Of a stretch of DNA of 64,000 bases, positions 13,985-26,825 are shown piece by piece. The DNA comes from Octopus sinensis. Its lineage: Eukaryota. Every line of letters begins with the position of its first letter. The first letter of the stretch is position 1. Where the stretch lies: contig NC_042998.1 in NCBI RefSeq assembly GCF_006345805.1, forward strand, positions 67,332,001 to 67,396,000. Direction: 5' to 3'. The notes under the pieces were generated by a model. The model did not search any database. It saw nothing but the letters and a program-made list of their open reading frames with translations, and had not been told where the DNA came from. A program made the position numbers and the translations under genes.

Positions 13985-14455
13985 TGTTGTTGTTATTATT
14001 ATTATTGAGTGAGACAGCAGTGCATGCCATCAAAGTGACATTGGGGTAAAATATACGACGCCCAGTACACACATCATGAATACCCGTCTGATAACGGTAC
14101 ACCAGGCACATGCATCACAACCATATGTGCGCGACATACTTATCTCATATCATGAAAAACAGCACATGAACTTGAAGGCGGAGCCCAGTTAAAATTTTCC
14201 TCAGGCCGAGTGGCCCATCCCGCTCGGATGGTCACTGAATAAGGGTTGTTTAAGGATGTTGAATAAAATACCCATAATTCCAACGGTGAATTATCCAAAC
14301 TCCAAAGAATTCCTCTCAACACATGGCTATGATGCGCCCTCGCTACTCCTGCTCGTGATCAGAAATTCAAATATCATCAGCCACTGAGGGACACGCTCAA
14401 CTGGTTAAGGTCAAACAAATGACAAGCAAATCTGTGGTTTTGAGGAATAATTGCT
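13985..14455 (-). mobile_element. interspersed retroposon-like repeat with (AAT)n 3' tail
   Basis: GC-richer block ending on minus in CTCACTC-AATAATAATAATAACAACAAC; recognised from memory as a common octopus repeat; single copy in this window. Confidence 0.5.
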
Positions 14456-14474
14456 GTGGAACAAATTTATACCA

Positions 14475-14546
14475 ATTATTATTATTATTATTATTGTTGT
14501 TGTTGTTGTTGTTGTTATTATTATTATTATCATCATCATCGTTATT
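14475..14546. repeat. compound trinucleotide microsatellite (ATT)(GTT)(ATT)(ATC)
   Basis: Direct reading. Confidence 0.95.
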
Positions 14547-15099
14547 AGAGGTGGTGGTGACTGAAAATAATGCAGGCAAGTGAGAATACAGATTCTTCAC
14601 ACATCATAAAGATTGATATTTCGGCCAAATTTCGAAATATCATTGAATAGTAGAAGTCTAGTTCAGCCTCTCAAAATTTTTCATACTAAGCAATTCATGG
14701 CACAAACCACAGAAATAAGAAATTTATATGAAACAATCGTATTTCTGGGCATTTACGAGAAGAGGTGGTGGTGTTAGAACTCCCTGTCTCCAAAGGGCAT
14801 AAGTAGCTGAAATGAAATGACGTATCTTAAATCGTAAATTGAAACCGTCATATAGTATCAGTTCGCCGGAAGCTGACCTTGTAAGTTTTATGCACGCCAC
14901 AATCTTCTTGTGTAGAATTTATCCTGAATAATTACATAAAGTATTTCTCAAAAGCAGGTAACACCCAATATATACTAGTTTTCATGTTCACGTTAATAAT
15001 TGAGAGAATACCAACATAAGTTATTACGATGGTTACCAGCATTAAATGTAACCAAGAATTAGTTATGGATGAAGTTGAAGATTTACATTATATATATAA

Positions 15100-15130
<31 letters not shown>

Positions 15131-15230
15131 AACAGATAGATAGACAGATAGATAGATAGATGCAGAGAAAACGGACAGTATTTGACGCAAAGTTTGATAT
15201 GTTTAAATGTATCATGGGTGTCGTTATTTT

Positions 15231-15387
15231 TAGGCGCGGCTGTGCGGTACGAAGCCTGCTTCCTAGCCACATAGTTTTGGGTTCACTCTCACTGCATAGT
15301 ACCTTGTGCAGGTGTCTTCGTCTATAGCCTCTTACCGACGAAAGCCTTGTGAGTAGATTTGGTAGACGGAACTGAAAGAAGCTCATC

Positions 15388-15420
<33 letters not shown>
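15231..15420 (+). mobile_element. CORE-like SINE family S2, 5' half
   Basis: TAGGCGCGGCTGTGCGG (A-box-like), GGGTTCACTC (B-box-like), CCTTGTGCAGGTGTCTTC, GACGGAACTGAAAGAAG, then microsatellite. Confidence 0.85.
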
Positions 15421-15578
15421 AGAGTTTATGCGACTGTTTGTCGGACAGTTTTGGTTGAGAATGTCCGAGCGTGAATCTCTGAGTAAGAGTTTTTGTGATA
15501 TCGAAAGTATATTACTCTACCTCCGGTAGCCGAGTACTGTTTTTTCTAACTTATTTCACATTTATGTGCTTACTCTGG

Positions 15579-15639
<61 letters not shown>

Positions 15640-15764
15640 TGTATGCAAGATATATATGCACGTGATGTATGAGAAAAGGTGAATAATGAATTTATTCATC
15701 GAGCTGAATAAAATATCCGGTGTAAAGCACTGGAACAGTATTAAATCAAAATGACCCGGCGTCA

Positions 15765-16010
15765 TCTCCTAATATAATAATGAGCTTAGTGTTTTTATCT
15801 ATTTGTATATATATATTTGTTCAGAATCACGCCGGATGCGGAGGAGAAAAGAAAATAATAATTCAGGGAAGGAAAAGTAGTGAGAGTAATAGCCGTGACT
15901 GAGCTGGAGTGAGAGAAAGTAGCAGCAATGAAAGAAAGGAAGGAGTGAAAAAATATCAGCGTTTCAACTCTGTGTGAGTATATGTGTGTATGTGTGTGCG
16001 TGTACAATGG
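15765..16010 (+). mobile_element. possible Helitron-like 5' end
   Basis: A|TCTCCTAATATATAATAATGAG start resembles non-autonomous Helitron 5' termini; no matching hairpin plus CTAG 3' end found. Confidence 0.3.
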
Positions 16011-16788
16011 AAGTATTTGAATGTTTGTATGTGTGATTATTATGTTCCTTATTTTGTACGTTATAAAATACTACAATTCGCAGTCATTATTGATGACACG
16101 TGGTCAGCTAGTACTTAATAATCACAGCGTTCTCGCTGGCAATTGCCAGGACAACTTTTTGCCTGACACCGTTGCATATTGTGTTGTTAAACATAGAACA
16201 ACTATGAAATTTTACGCCATACAAAACTTGCAGCAACTGCCCTGGTATCTATATATTTATCTTAGGTATGTTACATTGCGAACACTCGATGCTCACCCGG
16301 AATAATGGATGAAACACTATAGTCAAAATCATACTTTACAAAAATATACATTAATAACAGTTTGTTCTAAAGTGAACGTGAAGTTTTAAAACTCAAAATA
16401 AAAATCGTAAATATATGTTTTTGTATTTAAAAAAAAAAGTGACGAGGAACATTTTTATATATCTATTTCCCCACTATCTCGCTCTCTCTCCTCACTGATT
16501 TGGATTATTTGTTAATTATGTTGCCGCTTCACATTTTAAAGAATCAAAAAATGCTAATGTTACTATTACAATCAATTTCCTGTTTGATAATTACATCCTT
16601 GAAAATATGTAATCGAAATAACTGTAAAAAAAATAATAATCTCGAAAATATTCCACGGTGAATTATGTCAGTTTTTAAAAGATCTTATTAACTACATGGT
16701 AATTTTCATTCCGTTGTGAATTTAAGCAATTTTGATGGATATAACACACGCTCACGGAAACACGCTTACACACACAAATAAACGCACA

Positions 16789-16843
<55 letters not shown>

Positions 16844-16861
16844 GCACAAACACACACACAC

Positions 16862-16918
<57 letters not shown>

Positions 16919-16949
16919 ATATATATACGCATATATATATATATATACA

Positions 16950-16998
<49 letters not shown>

Positions 16999-17065
16999 TA
17001 GCTGAAGGTGACCCGCTCTACGCGCGGCTAAGAGTGTGGTTGTTACTTTCTGTTGCTTCCTTTCA

Positions 17066-17376
17066 GCACGTAAAAAGCACCATCCGAACGTGGCCGATTG
17101 CAGCGCCGCCTTGACTGGCTTCTGTGCCGGTGGCACGTAAAAAGCATCAACCGATCGTTGCCGCTGCGAGCCCCCATGGCACCTGTGCCGGCGGCACGAA
17201 AAAAGCACCCACTACACTCACAGAGTGGTTGGCGTTACGAAGGTCATCCACCTGTAGAAACACTGCCAGATTAGACTGGAGCCTGGTGCAGCCTCCTGGC
17301 TTCCCAGACCCCGGTCAAACTGTCTAACCCGTGCTAGCACGGAAAACGGACGTTAAACGATGATGATGATGATGAT
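17066..17376 (+). mobile_element. SINE/RTE-type 3' fragment with (GAT)n tail, inside the Helitron-like element
   Basis: Three GGCACGTAAAAAGCA-type subrepeats, GAGTGGTTGGCGTTA.GAAGG, CCGTGCTAGCACGGAAAACGGACGTTAAACGATGATGATG. Confidence 0.8.
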
Positions 17377-17659
17377 TCTCCCTCTTTGTTTCTCTCTTCT
17401 TTCTCTCTCACTTTCCCACTCTCTTACTTTTCTTTTCTCTCGGACTCTCCCTCGCTTTCTCTTACTCTCTACCTTTATCTATCTCTCTCTCATTTATAAA
17501 CAACAAAAGATCTTGAGTAAGTTGAGAAATAAAATATTTAGAAAGATTAATCATAAATATCAGGCAGTGGCAATGGAAAGGTCTGCTTCAAGGCAGACAG
17601 CAAAACGCTAATACTTAAAATGGACAGACGAACTTGCGAGCTGAATAAAAATAATAAAA

Positions 17660-17950
17660 TATTGGAAACCAAAGTTTGAAGAGATAGAATCTGAGGATAG
17701 TAGAGTCACCATGGCTGGCATTTCTTAACGACGGACAACAACGTATTGACAGTTTAACGGCTGGCGTAAAATTTTGAACTTGATGTAAAAGAAAAATCGT
17801 AAACACCAAGTTTTGAAGTGATTCTTTCTCACGACAGTAGACTCACCATGGCAAGCATTCAAAACTTCTTCATCATGGACGGCAACACATTGACGATTAA
17901 AAGGCTGGCGCAAATTTTTTAGCTTGATGTAACAGAGAATTCCTAAACAC
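17660..17950 (+). repeat. diverged tandem duplication, period ~135-144 bp
   Basis: AAACCAAAGTTTGAAG (17666)/AAACACCAAGTTTTGAAG (17801); TAGAGTCACCATGGC/TAGACTCACCATGGC; GGCTGGCGTAAAATT/GGCTGGCGCAAATT. Confidence 0.8.
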
Positions 17951-18971
17951 TCGCACATTTAAATTTTAATCCCCTTCCAGCCCAATTTTGAGCCCTTTTC
18001 ACATTTTGGTTAATATAACCCAATTTCATTCGGATCTACTGGGGCCACATTTTATAAGATGAGGAATTTTGTCCTAGAGGTCACGCCTTTCATTTGAGGA
18101 AAAAAATAGTTGTCATGCAAACTCGCCAGCACTTTTAACATAGGTGTGCATATTTTCAGCTGAACCGACCGACTACATAATGCACACATTATACATATAT
18201 ATGTATATATATATGTGTGTGTGTGTGTGCACGCATTATATATACAAATGTATACAAATTATATATATATATATATATATGTGTGTATCAATTAAATTAG
18301 AGATAAAACCACTAATAGGCAAATCAAACAATGGAAAACCAAAAACAAAAACATAAAAATAAAAATATAATATACAAAATATGGAAAATATAAAATTGAA
18401 AAATTTAAATTATTTAAATTTAAAATAAAAATTATTAAATTATATTTATAATTTGTTTAAAAATATATATAACTATCAAAAAGTATTAAAAAGTTTAATA
18501 TACATAAATACATATACATACAATTTGTATATATACATTATATATACATATTTATATATAGAACACACACACACACCACATATAAATGAACGCAAGAAAT
18601 ATCTGATTCATAATATTTGTTCTTATGATTGTATGTTCTTTGTGGCGATGATAATTCTCTCTATGAATGCAGACAGCGAGATAAAGAACGCCGTTTGACG
18701 AACTTATAAAGGGAAAGTGAAAGGGAGTTTGAGGGGAATGGAGGAAATAGCGTGAGTGAGGAAGAAAGATACGTAAAAGAATGGGTGTGGACTTGTCAAA
18801 GTGGGTTTTTGGCCCTAGCAACGACACCTTTTAAGATAGGGATTTCTAACGTAGCCCACGGGCATCGTCACCTCATTTTACATGTCCCTGTAAATGTTGG
18901 AGTCAATCCGACGGGATGTAGTGGCCTTGAAAGCGATCCAAGCGGTCCAAACGCAATACAGTTTTATATAT

Positions 18972-19076
<105 letters not shown>

Positions 19077-19078
19077 AT

Positions 19079-19325
19079 GAGAATCGCTTTTATCCTTCGA
19101 AACGTTTAGTAGATGAAACCTTACCGACTGAAGAAGGGGATTTTTCGTTGTGCTTATTGTCCTGTATCTCTTTTTTTTTGCTTGTCGTGTTCCTTGGTTT
19201 GTGTCTATGTTTGTCGTCTCTCTATGTGTTCGACGTCTTTTTGGTGTCCTGTACACATATATGCGTGTATATGTACATGTAGAGGTAGGTACGTACATAT
19301 ATGTTTATATATATGCATATGTTCT
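19079..19325. mobile_element. (TA)n-flanked element related to family C
   Basis: TTTGGTGTCCTGTAC.. and TGTAGAGGTAGGTACGTACATATATG match the right half of 8195-8660; carries GAAACGT and CTGAAGA boxes. Confidence 0.65.
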
Positions 19326-19367
19326 ATTTTATTAACATATATATATATATATATTATATATATGAGA

Positions 19368-19425
<58 letters not shown>

Positions 19426-19511
19426 GAGAATATGTATATATATATAATATATATATATATATATACATACATATACGCACACGCACACGCATGTACACAT
19501 ATACATACATA

Positions 19512-19653
19512 CATGTCCCGTAACCTAGCGGTTCGGCCAACTGGACGGATAAAACAAGGGCATTTACTAGGCTTTAAAAAATAACTAAAACGCTTCAAGG
19601 TGGCGCCCCAGCATTACTGCAGTCAAATGACTGGAACAAGTAAAAGAATGAAA
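19512..19653 (+). mobile_element. SINE S2, 3' part
   Basis: GTCCCGTAACCTAGCGGTTCGGC...GCAGTCAAATGACTGGAACAAGTAAAAGAAT. Confidence 0.85.
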
Positions 19654-20061
19654 CACTAAAAAATAAAGTAGGTACCTCGCTGAATAGACTCCGTTTCACT
19701 TGGTTCGATTATACGGCGTGTTGTTGTCAGTAAGTTGTTTGTTGCTATCAGCAGGCCGTTGGCCATAACGACAGGGGATTTCTGGGTTATGCATCTATCT
19801 ATGGTTAAGCATACACATGTAGCCATAAACACACACCAGTAGTCTCGTGGACATACTACCCACGTTCACGCTGTCTTTGAATAAGGTCATAAACAACTCA
19901 AATGTATTATTAGAGGCGAACAGACAAAGGATATCTGCTGTCCCGCTGTGCGGCCAGTTTACAGTGGGTTACACATGACTGGGCCGTGGTGTCTGGTAGC
20001 GGTTTGATGTATTTATATAAACTACAGTCACCACGCTCTTATTCATATATATATATATATA

Positions 20062-20099
<38 letters not shown>

Positions 20100-20767
20100 C
20101 GTGTGAGTGTGTGTGAGCGTGCGTGTGTGTGTATACATATACACACACATAACTTTTATGTATTTATAGACGTATATATTATGTGCGCAGGTATACATAT
20201 GCTTCCGTATAAATGTTTCAATGCAAATGCTTCCAAACATATATATTGCCAATTTGTAATATATCGTTTTTAAGTTAATATATAAAACATACCTCGTCTG
20301 TTTACACTATTGTCTGTGATCTAGAATAATCGTATGAATACTCGAAATAGTACTATATTCCATTGCATGTACCTATTGGTGCTTTGTAGAGAAACATACG
20401 ATTTCAGCTCCTAGCAATTTTTTCTAGCTTTGATAAGTAAGCCTAGTGTCCCTGGCGAAGTTACAAACATTTACCCAATTTATTGAAACATTATAGTTTT
20501 CCACACAATATATAACTGAGAACCTTCAGAACAAGAGATCAGGAAACTATGCTGGACATATGGAGGACATTTGTCATGAGCCTGTCTGGAATTACTGCTC
20601 TCAACTCTGGTTACCCTATTGTATCAGAGTATTAGCGGAAAAACGTATTTCGCAGAATCTTTAACATTTACACTAAATTGACTTACATTTCTTCAAATTG
20701 AATATTTATTGTATCCTTTTAAGTAGTCTAGATCGAAAGCTCATCCACGTGGTTCTGAACATGACTA

Positions 20768-20928
20768 TTTATTTATTCTTTTACTTGTCTCAGTCATTTG
20801 ACTTCGGCCAGGCTGGAACATCATCTTAGGGGTTTTAGTCGAACAAATCGACACCGCGGCTTATTCTTCGCAAGCCTAGTACATATTCGCTTATTCACTT
20901 TAGCCGAACCGCTAAGTAACGGGAACAT
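20768..20928 (-). mobile_element. SINE S2, 3' part
   Basis: TTCTTTTACTTGTCTCAGTCATTTGAC...GCCGAACCGCTAAGTAACGGG. Confidence 0.85.
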
Positions 20929-21300
20929 TTCCCATAAAGCATTTGCATTATCAACAGAATAATAAATAAATTTGATATATAAAAATAAATTACAAACGGT
21001 TGGCATTCTTCGTTTTATATTGCTTTTTTTTTATCGAAATTTGCTTCAATTCTCAATCACTCAATAATATTGACATCTTAGAAAATGTAAACAGAGCGAA
21101 TTAGTTTGAATATTCTATGAAAGTTAGCAAGAGTACAAAAAGGCTAACACTTTCGTTTCATGTGCGTATATATATATATATTATATATATATATATGTTT
21201 TGCGTTCTTGTCCCAGTTTGTATTTTTTTACATATATATATATATATATATATCTATATATATATATATTATATATATATATATATATTATATATATATA

Positions 21301-21319
<19 letters not shown>

Positions 21320-21331
<12 letters not shown>

Positions 21332-21384
21332 TGTATTATGTATGTATGAATGCATGTATTTATGTATGTATATATATATATATA

Positions 21385-21420
<36 letters not shown>

Positions 21421-21494
21421 CATAAATACATGCATTCATACATACATAATACATACATACATACATACATATATACATATATATGTATATATGT

Positions 21495-21533
<39 letters not shown>

Positions 21534-21561
21534 CTATATATATATATATATATATATATAG

Positions 21562-21600
<39 letters not shown>

Positions 21601-21671
21601 CATATATACATCTATATATGTATATATGTATGTATGTATGTATTATGTATGTATGAATGCATGTATTTATG

Positions 21672-21713
<42 letters not shown>

Positions 21714-21790
21714 CATAAATACATGCATTCATACATACATAATACATACATACATACATATATACATATATATGTATATATATATATTAT
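21320..21790. repeat. alternating inverted copies of a ~55-bp low-complexity unit within (TA)n
   Basis: GTATGTATGTATTATGTATGTATGAATGCATGTATTTATGTATGTA at ~21325 (+), ~21415 (-), ~21630 (+), ~21710 (-). Confidence 0.9.
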
Positions 21791-21811
21791 ATATATATAT
21801 ATAATATATAT

Positions 21812-21851
<40 letters not shown>

Positions 21852-21854
<3 letters not shown>

Positions 21855-22053
21855 ATAAAAATGGTAACACAACAAAAGCATGAAAGAGACCCCTATATTA
21901 TGTAAATAGAGGAACTTATCTGTAAATGTAATATGAGACAATTATTCGGTAGCCATGATAAAACTCCGAGTTTCGGATGCCGAGGTGGAAATCCACGCCG
22001 CCATCTCTTCAATTATCCAACCATCGGAAAAATACTAGGGTCATTTTTCATAG
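21852..22053 (-). mobile_element. family A element, longest copy, carrying a hammerhead motif
   Basis: Homologous to 704-835 and 45324-45382; flanked by (TA)n on both sides. Confidence 0.8.
21957..22017 (-). ncRNA. type I hammerhead-like motif (C3 read as T)
   Basis: GATAA-TTGAAGA-GATG...GTGG ATTT CCAC...CATC-C-GAAA-CTC G GAG-T-T-TTATC: 5-bp helix I, extended helix II, self-complementary helix III. Confidence 0.6.
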
Positions 22054-22164
22054 TATATATATATATATATCATGAGACTAGAAATTGATATTATTAATTA
22101 ATGTCAATGTAAACCAGTGACCTACCATGTCTAAAAGAGTCCGAAGATTATGAATTATGTTACA

Positions 22165-22520
22165 TATATAAGAGGAATAGCCACCAAGGTGGATTCCTAA
22201 TGCGCTTGAAGATGACTCGAAATCGCCTAACCACGAAGAACATGTTATCAAAAATTTCACCAAACGCCAGAATGTAAGCGAGCAAGGCAAATGAAAAGAT
22301 TCAAAATTTGCCAATAAAATCCATACCTAAGAATTTTGCTTTCGCTATTAAGTATCGAGGTATGAGTTTATTGCCATATTTTGTATCTTTTCATTTGTCT
22401 TGCTCGCTTACATTCTGACGCTTACAGAAATTTTTGAGAACATATTCTTCGTGGTAAGGAGATCTGGCGTCTTCTTCAAGCATATTAGGAATCCATCTTG
22501 GTGGCTACTCCTCTTATATA
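22165..22520. mobile_element. fold-back/MITE-like element, family F
   Basis: ~165-bp diverged inverted arms (TATATAAGAGGAATAGCCACCAAGGTGGATTCCTAAT vs ATTAGGAATCCATCTTGGTGGCTACTCCTCTTATATA), ~30-bp spacer; related fragment at ~48205-48228. Confidence 0.85.
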
Positions 22521-22537
22521 TGCTTTTTATATATATA

Positions 22538-22570
<33 letters not shown>

Positions 22571-24239
22571 CATTCATACATATATATTAATGAAATTATA
22601 TCTGCAACACCTAATAGAATTACGTTTAATCACAATGGCAAAATCACGTAACTTTAATATTAATTAGAGAATTTAATTAAATGCACTTAGCTTAGGACCA
22701 TATAAGCGAAGTACAAAGTATTATATTTCATAAAGAATATGCCACTAATTCATCACCAGTTGAACGAAGCCTTTGTAGATGAATAATGCATCTATTTTGA
22801 AACTTTTTTCACCCGAGGTTATTTTATTATATCCACTGAAAATATCATTAATATTGTCGATAATGATCTTTCTATAGTGTGAAGGCGAGGAGTTCATTTG
22901 GGTTATTCATTCACTAGAATTACCTATAGGCCTCTACATTTTATAATTCTAAATCATAGAAAAACAACTCTATGCTAAATATTCTCTTTTGGGTTTTAAT
23001 TTACGAAACTACTGATGCGAATATACCATCGGCAATAGCATTTCACACACGTATGGAAGTTGAGCCAGAATTTCCTACTTGGAGCCGACAAACAAGACCT
23101 AGATTTCATAGTTATACATCGCTAAAGACGGCAACGCATTTAACCAATATTAATGAGCAAAGGGTCTAATATTTACACTGGGTTAGTTTGGTTAGTTTGA
23201 TCGAGGTTGGTCTTTTGCTATAAACAATATCACTAAACCAAAACAAGGATTAAAATATCATTTATCTTATTTTATTTCTTAATTACTTGCTCGTTTATCC
23301 TTTTATTCATTATTTTATTTTTTTATGGTTTAATTACTTATATGAGAAGGATTTTTCCCTTCTTTCTCAGTTCATTCGGAGACAGTTTAAGTAAACAGAC
23401 AAGTAAAAATCGAGAAACTTTTTGAAATGTCGCCTCAGGATACAAAACTGCATATATAGCTGTATGACTAGAACAAGTTAAAGACATAACACACATACAT
23501 ATATATATATACGTTTAAATGTTTAAAAAAAATCATTAAGCAATGCAGCTGAGGTGTTATATGAACCGTCTAAGAGGATGTTAATGAATGCAAAGTGAAA
23601 AGGAAAAAGGATAACGTATTCGCTTACGTGGGTTATTTAATAATCGTATAGTAGTTCAAGAAAGATTTCCACTTTTAAGTATAGGGAAGAAACAAGGCAA
23701 TGATTTCGGGAAAATGCATTGTTAGCGGACTATTGAAATATTCTGAAACCGCACAAAACTTTGAATGTTACGCTGATAACAACAAATTTCTATAATCCAT
23801 ATGTAGTTTTCTTTCCGTCCTTTTGTTTGGAAAGTATAAGTTTTCCTGAAACATTATTAGATTATTAAACAACTTACGTATATTATGACAATATATCTTT
23901 TGTTTTCAATCATTGATATCATTTTACATATTTTGCCTAAACATTCGCCTGCTTTACTCAATCGTTTATTTCAAATCAATTTTCTTACTTACATAAAATG
24001 CAAAATTTCAAGAAAATTACGGTATTCTTTTATACATTTAAATATACCGTATTCTGACGAAAGCGAGTAAGACGGAACTCCAAAGGCACTAACAACCGCT
24101 GACTTTTAGCAGAGTACATGTATTCTGCTAAAAAGTATTGACTAATCCTTCAGTTTAATGCCAAATATTGATTCGTTATAAATAACGTGATCTAAAATGC
24201 AATACACACACGCACAGTCACTCACTCACACACACACAC

Positions 24240-24280
<41 letters not shown>

Positions 24281-26825
24281 CACACACACACTCATATTCA
24301 CACGCGCACATATATATGCATACATACTTCCATACATATTTATAGACAGTCACATATACACACATACAGACATACATGCACACACATACATCCACACACA
24401 TACATCCACATACATATGTAAATAGTGCACGCTGCGTGTGTTGATTTTGCGTGTTATATCTAGAGAGGCCCCTAAGCAGTTTTGGGGGTGATATCTTAAC
24501 TCATTTGTCTGTTTAACTTCCATATTTTCAACTAGATTCCCAATGCAAAAATAAAAAAGAAGAAACGGAAATCATACAATTAAAATATACCATGAAGCAG
24601 TTATTTTTTTTCAATTTCTGAAGAGCATGTGGCTTTCCTCCGGAAGTGTCATGCTATAGAAATTCTTAATTTCCTTAGTTCAAAAAAATTATATAATCGG
24701 AAATTATCCTTTAGGTGTACTATCAATAACACCATCAAAACGTACTGAAGCAAAGTTAGGGATTTCCGTCAGTTCTCCTTGATGTATTTCGTCACACATG
24801 TTCTCTTTTTATTAATGTGAACTTTAGCTGAAGGCATTTCCTAGCTTTCATCATATTTCCTTCCGCATGCCGTGTAATGTACTAACCTCATAGTTTCATA
24901 TCTTTAATAAGGTTGATTCAGATTTTAAAAAGATAGCAGATACCATATTTTTTAATTATTTGAACACCAAAACATTGTTGACAAATAAATCATATCGTTT
25001 TCAACTAAGGAAATATAACGATTAATTAAATTGGATTGTTCATCAGAAAAATAATTTCTGCTATCATATATAGTAACTAGCAATTACCTACTTGCTTGGA
25101 AGTATATTTTCTACATAGTTCGAATAATATATTTAGTAAAAATGTGATTGGAATACCAAGGCCTGTCAGTGGGCGGATGCAAAATTTAAGGACGGTAGTT
25201 TATCAGAACCTTAGAATTTATTTACGATTTATGATTTATTTTGCATTTATTTATGATGGAATAAAGTAAGTCAAAAGCAATGAGTGTTTTCCCCCTACAT
25301 ATCCATGTCCTCGTATCTTTCACTCGAAATTATTAATAGTTGAAGCTGTTCTCGAATTGAAACTGTAACCGAATCATAGGAAGAGCCGAAGTATTAGTCT
25401 AGAGAAGAAGCACATGGCCAGTGTGTGTAAAACACGTGTGGATAAATAATCTGATAATGCTTATTATTAGTTCATATATTATTAAGTCCAGATTAAATCC
25501 AAAATGTCACCACCATTAATGCTCCGCATAATCGAAACTAGAAAATGTTAAACTAATGGACCTACATAAAGCAAAACAAATTCTTTAGAACTCTGTGATT
25601 CCAGACCTCCCCCTCTTACATGTTATATAGATATGTGTGTGTGTGTTTGTTTGTATGTGAGTATGTACATTACACACACACACATATTGTCATTATTATT
25701 GACTTTCACACTTATAAAATCAAAAAGTTTCTAAAATTCCATATTTTGTGACGATTCATTTCTTCCTCTCCCCTGCAAAATGTTTCTCTAGTGCATCGGA
25801 CAAACTAGCTAACTACTTGGACTGACGACGTCGACAAATCTTACCCTTCATAATTGCTAGATGTATGTATAAATCAGAAAGCAAATTCGATTAGCTGACA
25901 GAAACATAATTAAGAATAAAGAAAATGGTTTATCAATAGTTCTTCCGAATTTTTTCGTTCCCAGATCAAATTATACTGGAGTCACCTTCGTCTCTCATCC
26001 TTCCGATATTGATAAGGTAAAGTACCTGTCAAGGACTGAATACGATGGCATCAATTTAACCTATGCCATCCATATTGCTATGTTTTTGCCTAGATCAGAA
26101 TCCGTTATTGTTATTAATGATATTAGTCATACAAATTTTAAATTTTGGAGAATTATTATATAAACTCCTGAGGTACACAGAAACAGAGAATGTACACTAC
26201 GAAAAAAAAATTAAATAAAAACAGCGCCCAAGTTTGGGATCGAACAATCGCTCATGAGTTTAACATTCTGCTGCTCTACCTACTGATGTGATCGAGTTGT
26301 CATACATCGAAAATAACAGTCAATTTTCATTTCGTATATAAGCTATAGTAATTTCTTATTTACTGTTGCAAAACTTCCAGCTGCATCTTTGATACTGCGT
26401 CTTAGAAAAATTGTTGTAGTTATTAATTATATCACCATCAAACATCATTAAAAATAAAGATATATTTGTTACGGACACAATACATTATTGTCAACCCATT
26501 ACACATAATATAAAAATAATTGTTGTGAAAATTCACATTTGCAAGTCGATTTCGGAAAAGAAACCGCGTGGGTTAAATAATGTGAGACGTTTTATCTTCA
26601 ACTTAATTATGAATATTATATTTTGTTCTATCTCTAAATTATCTGTCACAAGGTATTATTAATTTAGAGACTAAAATAACATTTGATAAAACTAATTGAA
26701 ACTATCGAGCAAAACGGTCAGCAAAACACACCAAGTGTTGAGCTGATATTTGTTTTACTCTCGCTTCAGATATTTGTATTTGTGTCTATATATTTTTATA
26801 TTGGAGGTGTCAGAAAATACGGCGG

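Larger units (their letters stand above)
16998..18205 (-). mobile_element. non-autonomous Helitron-like element
   Basis: Minus-strand 3' end CTAG|T at 17001-16998 preceded by hairpin CCGC..GCGG (17013-17027); far end CAGCTGAACCGACCGACTACATAATGCACACATTATA resembles termini of such elements, but no clean 5' TC. Confidence 0.55.

Noticed and set aside
18670-18962. PLE-like remnant with LHPVGL peptide (minus) and TTGACGA..GAAA (plus)
   Set aside because: The peptide match is too short, the putative ribozyme is on the opposite strand with no valid helices; left as an unclassified repeat-like block
24615-24640. Isolated CTGAAGA/CTGANGA heptamers (also ~10213, ~24055, ~52885, ~56318, ~63101)
   Set aside because: No downstream stem plus GAAA; expected by chance in 64 kb
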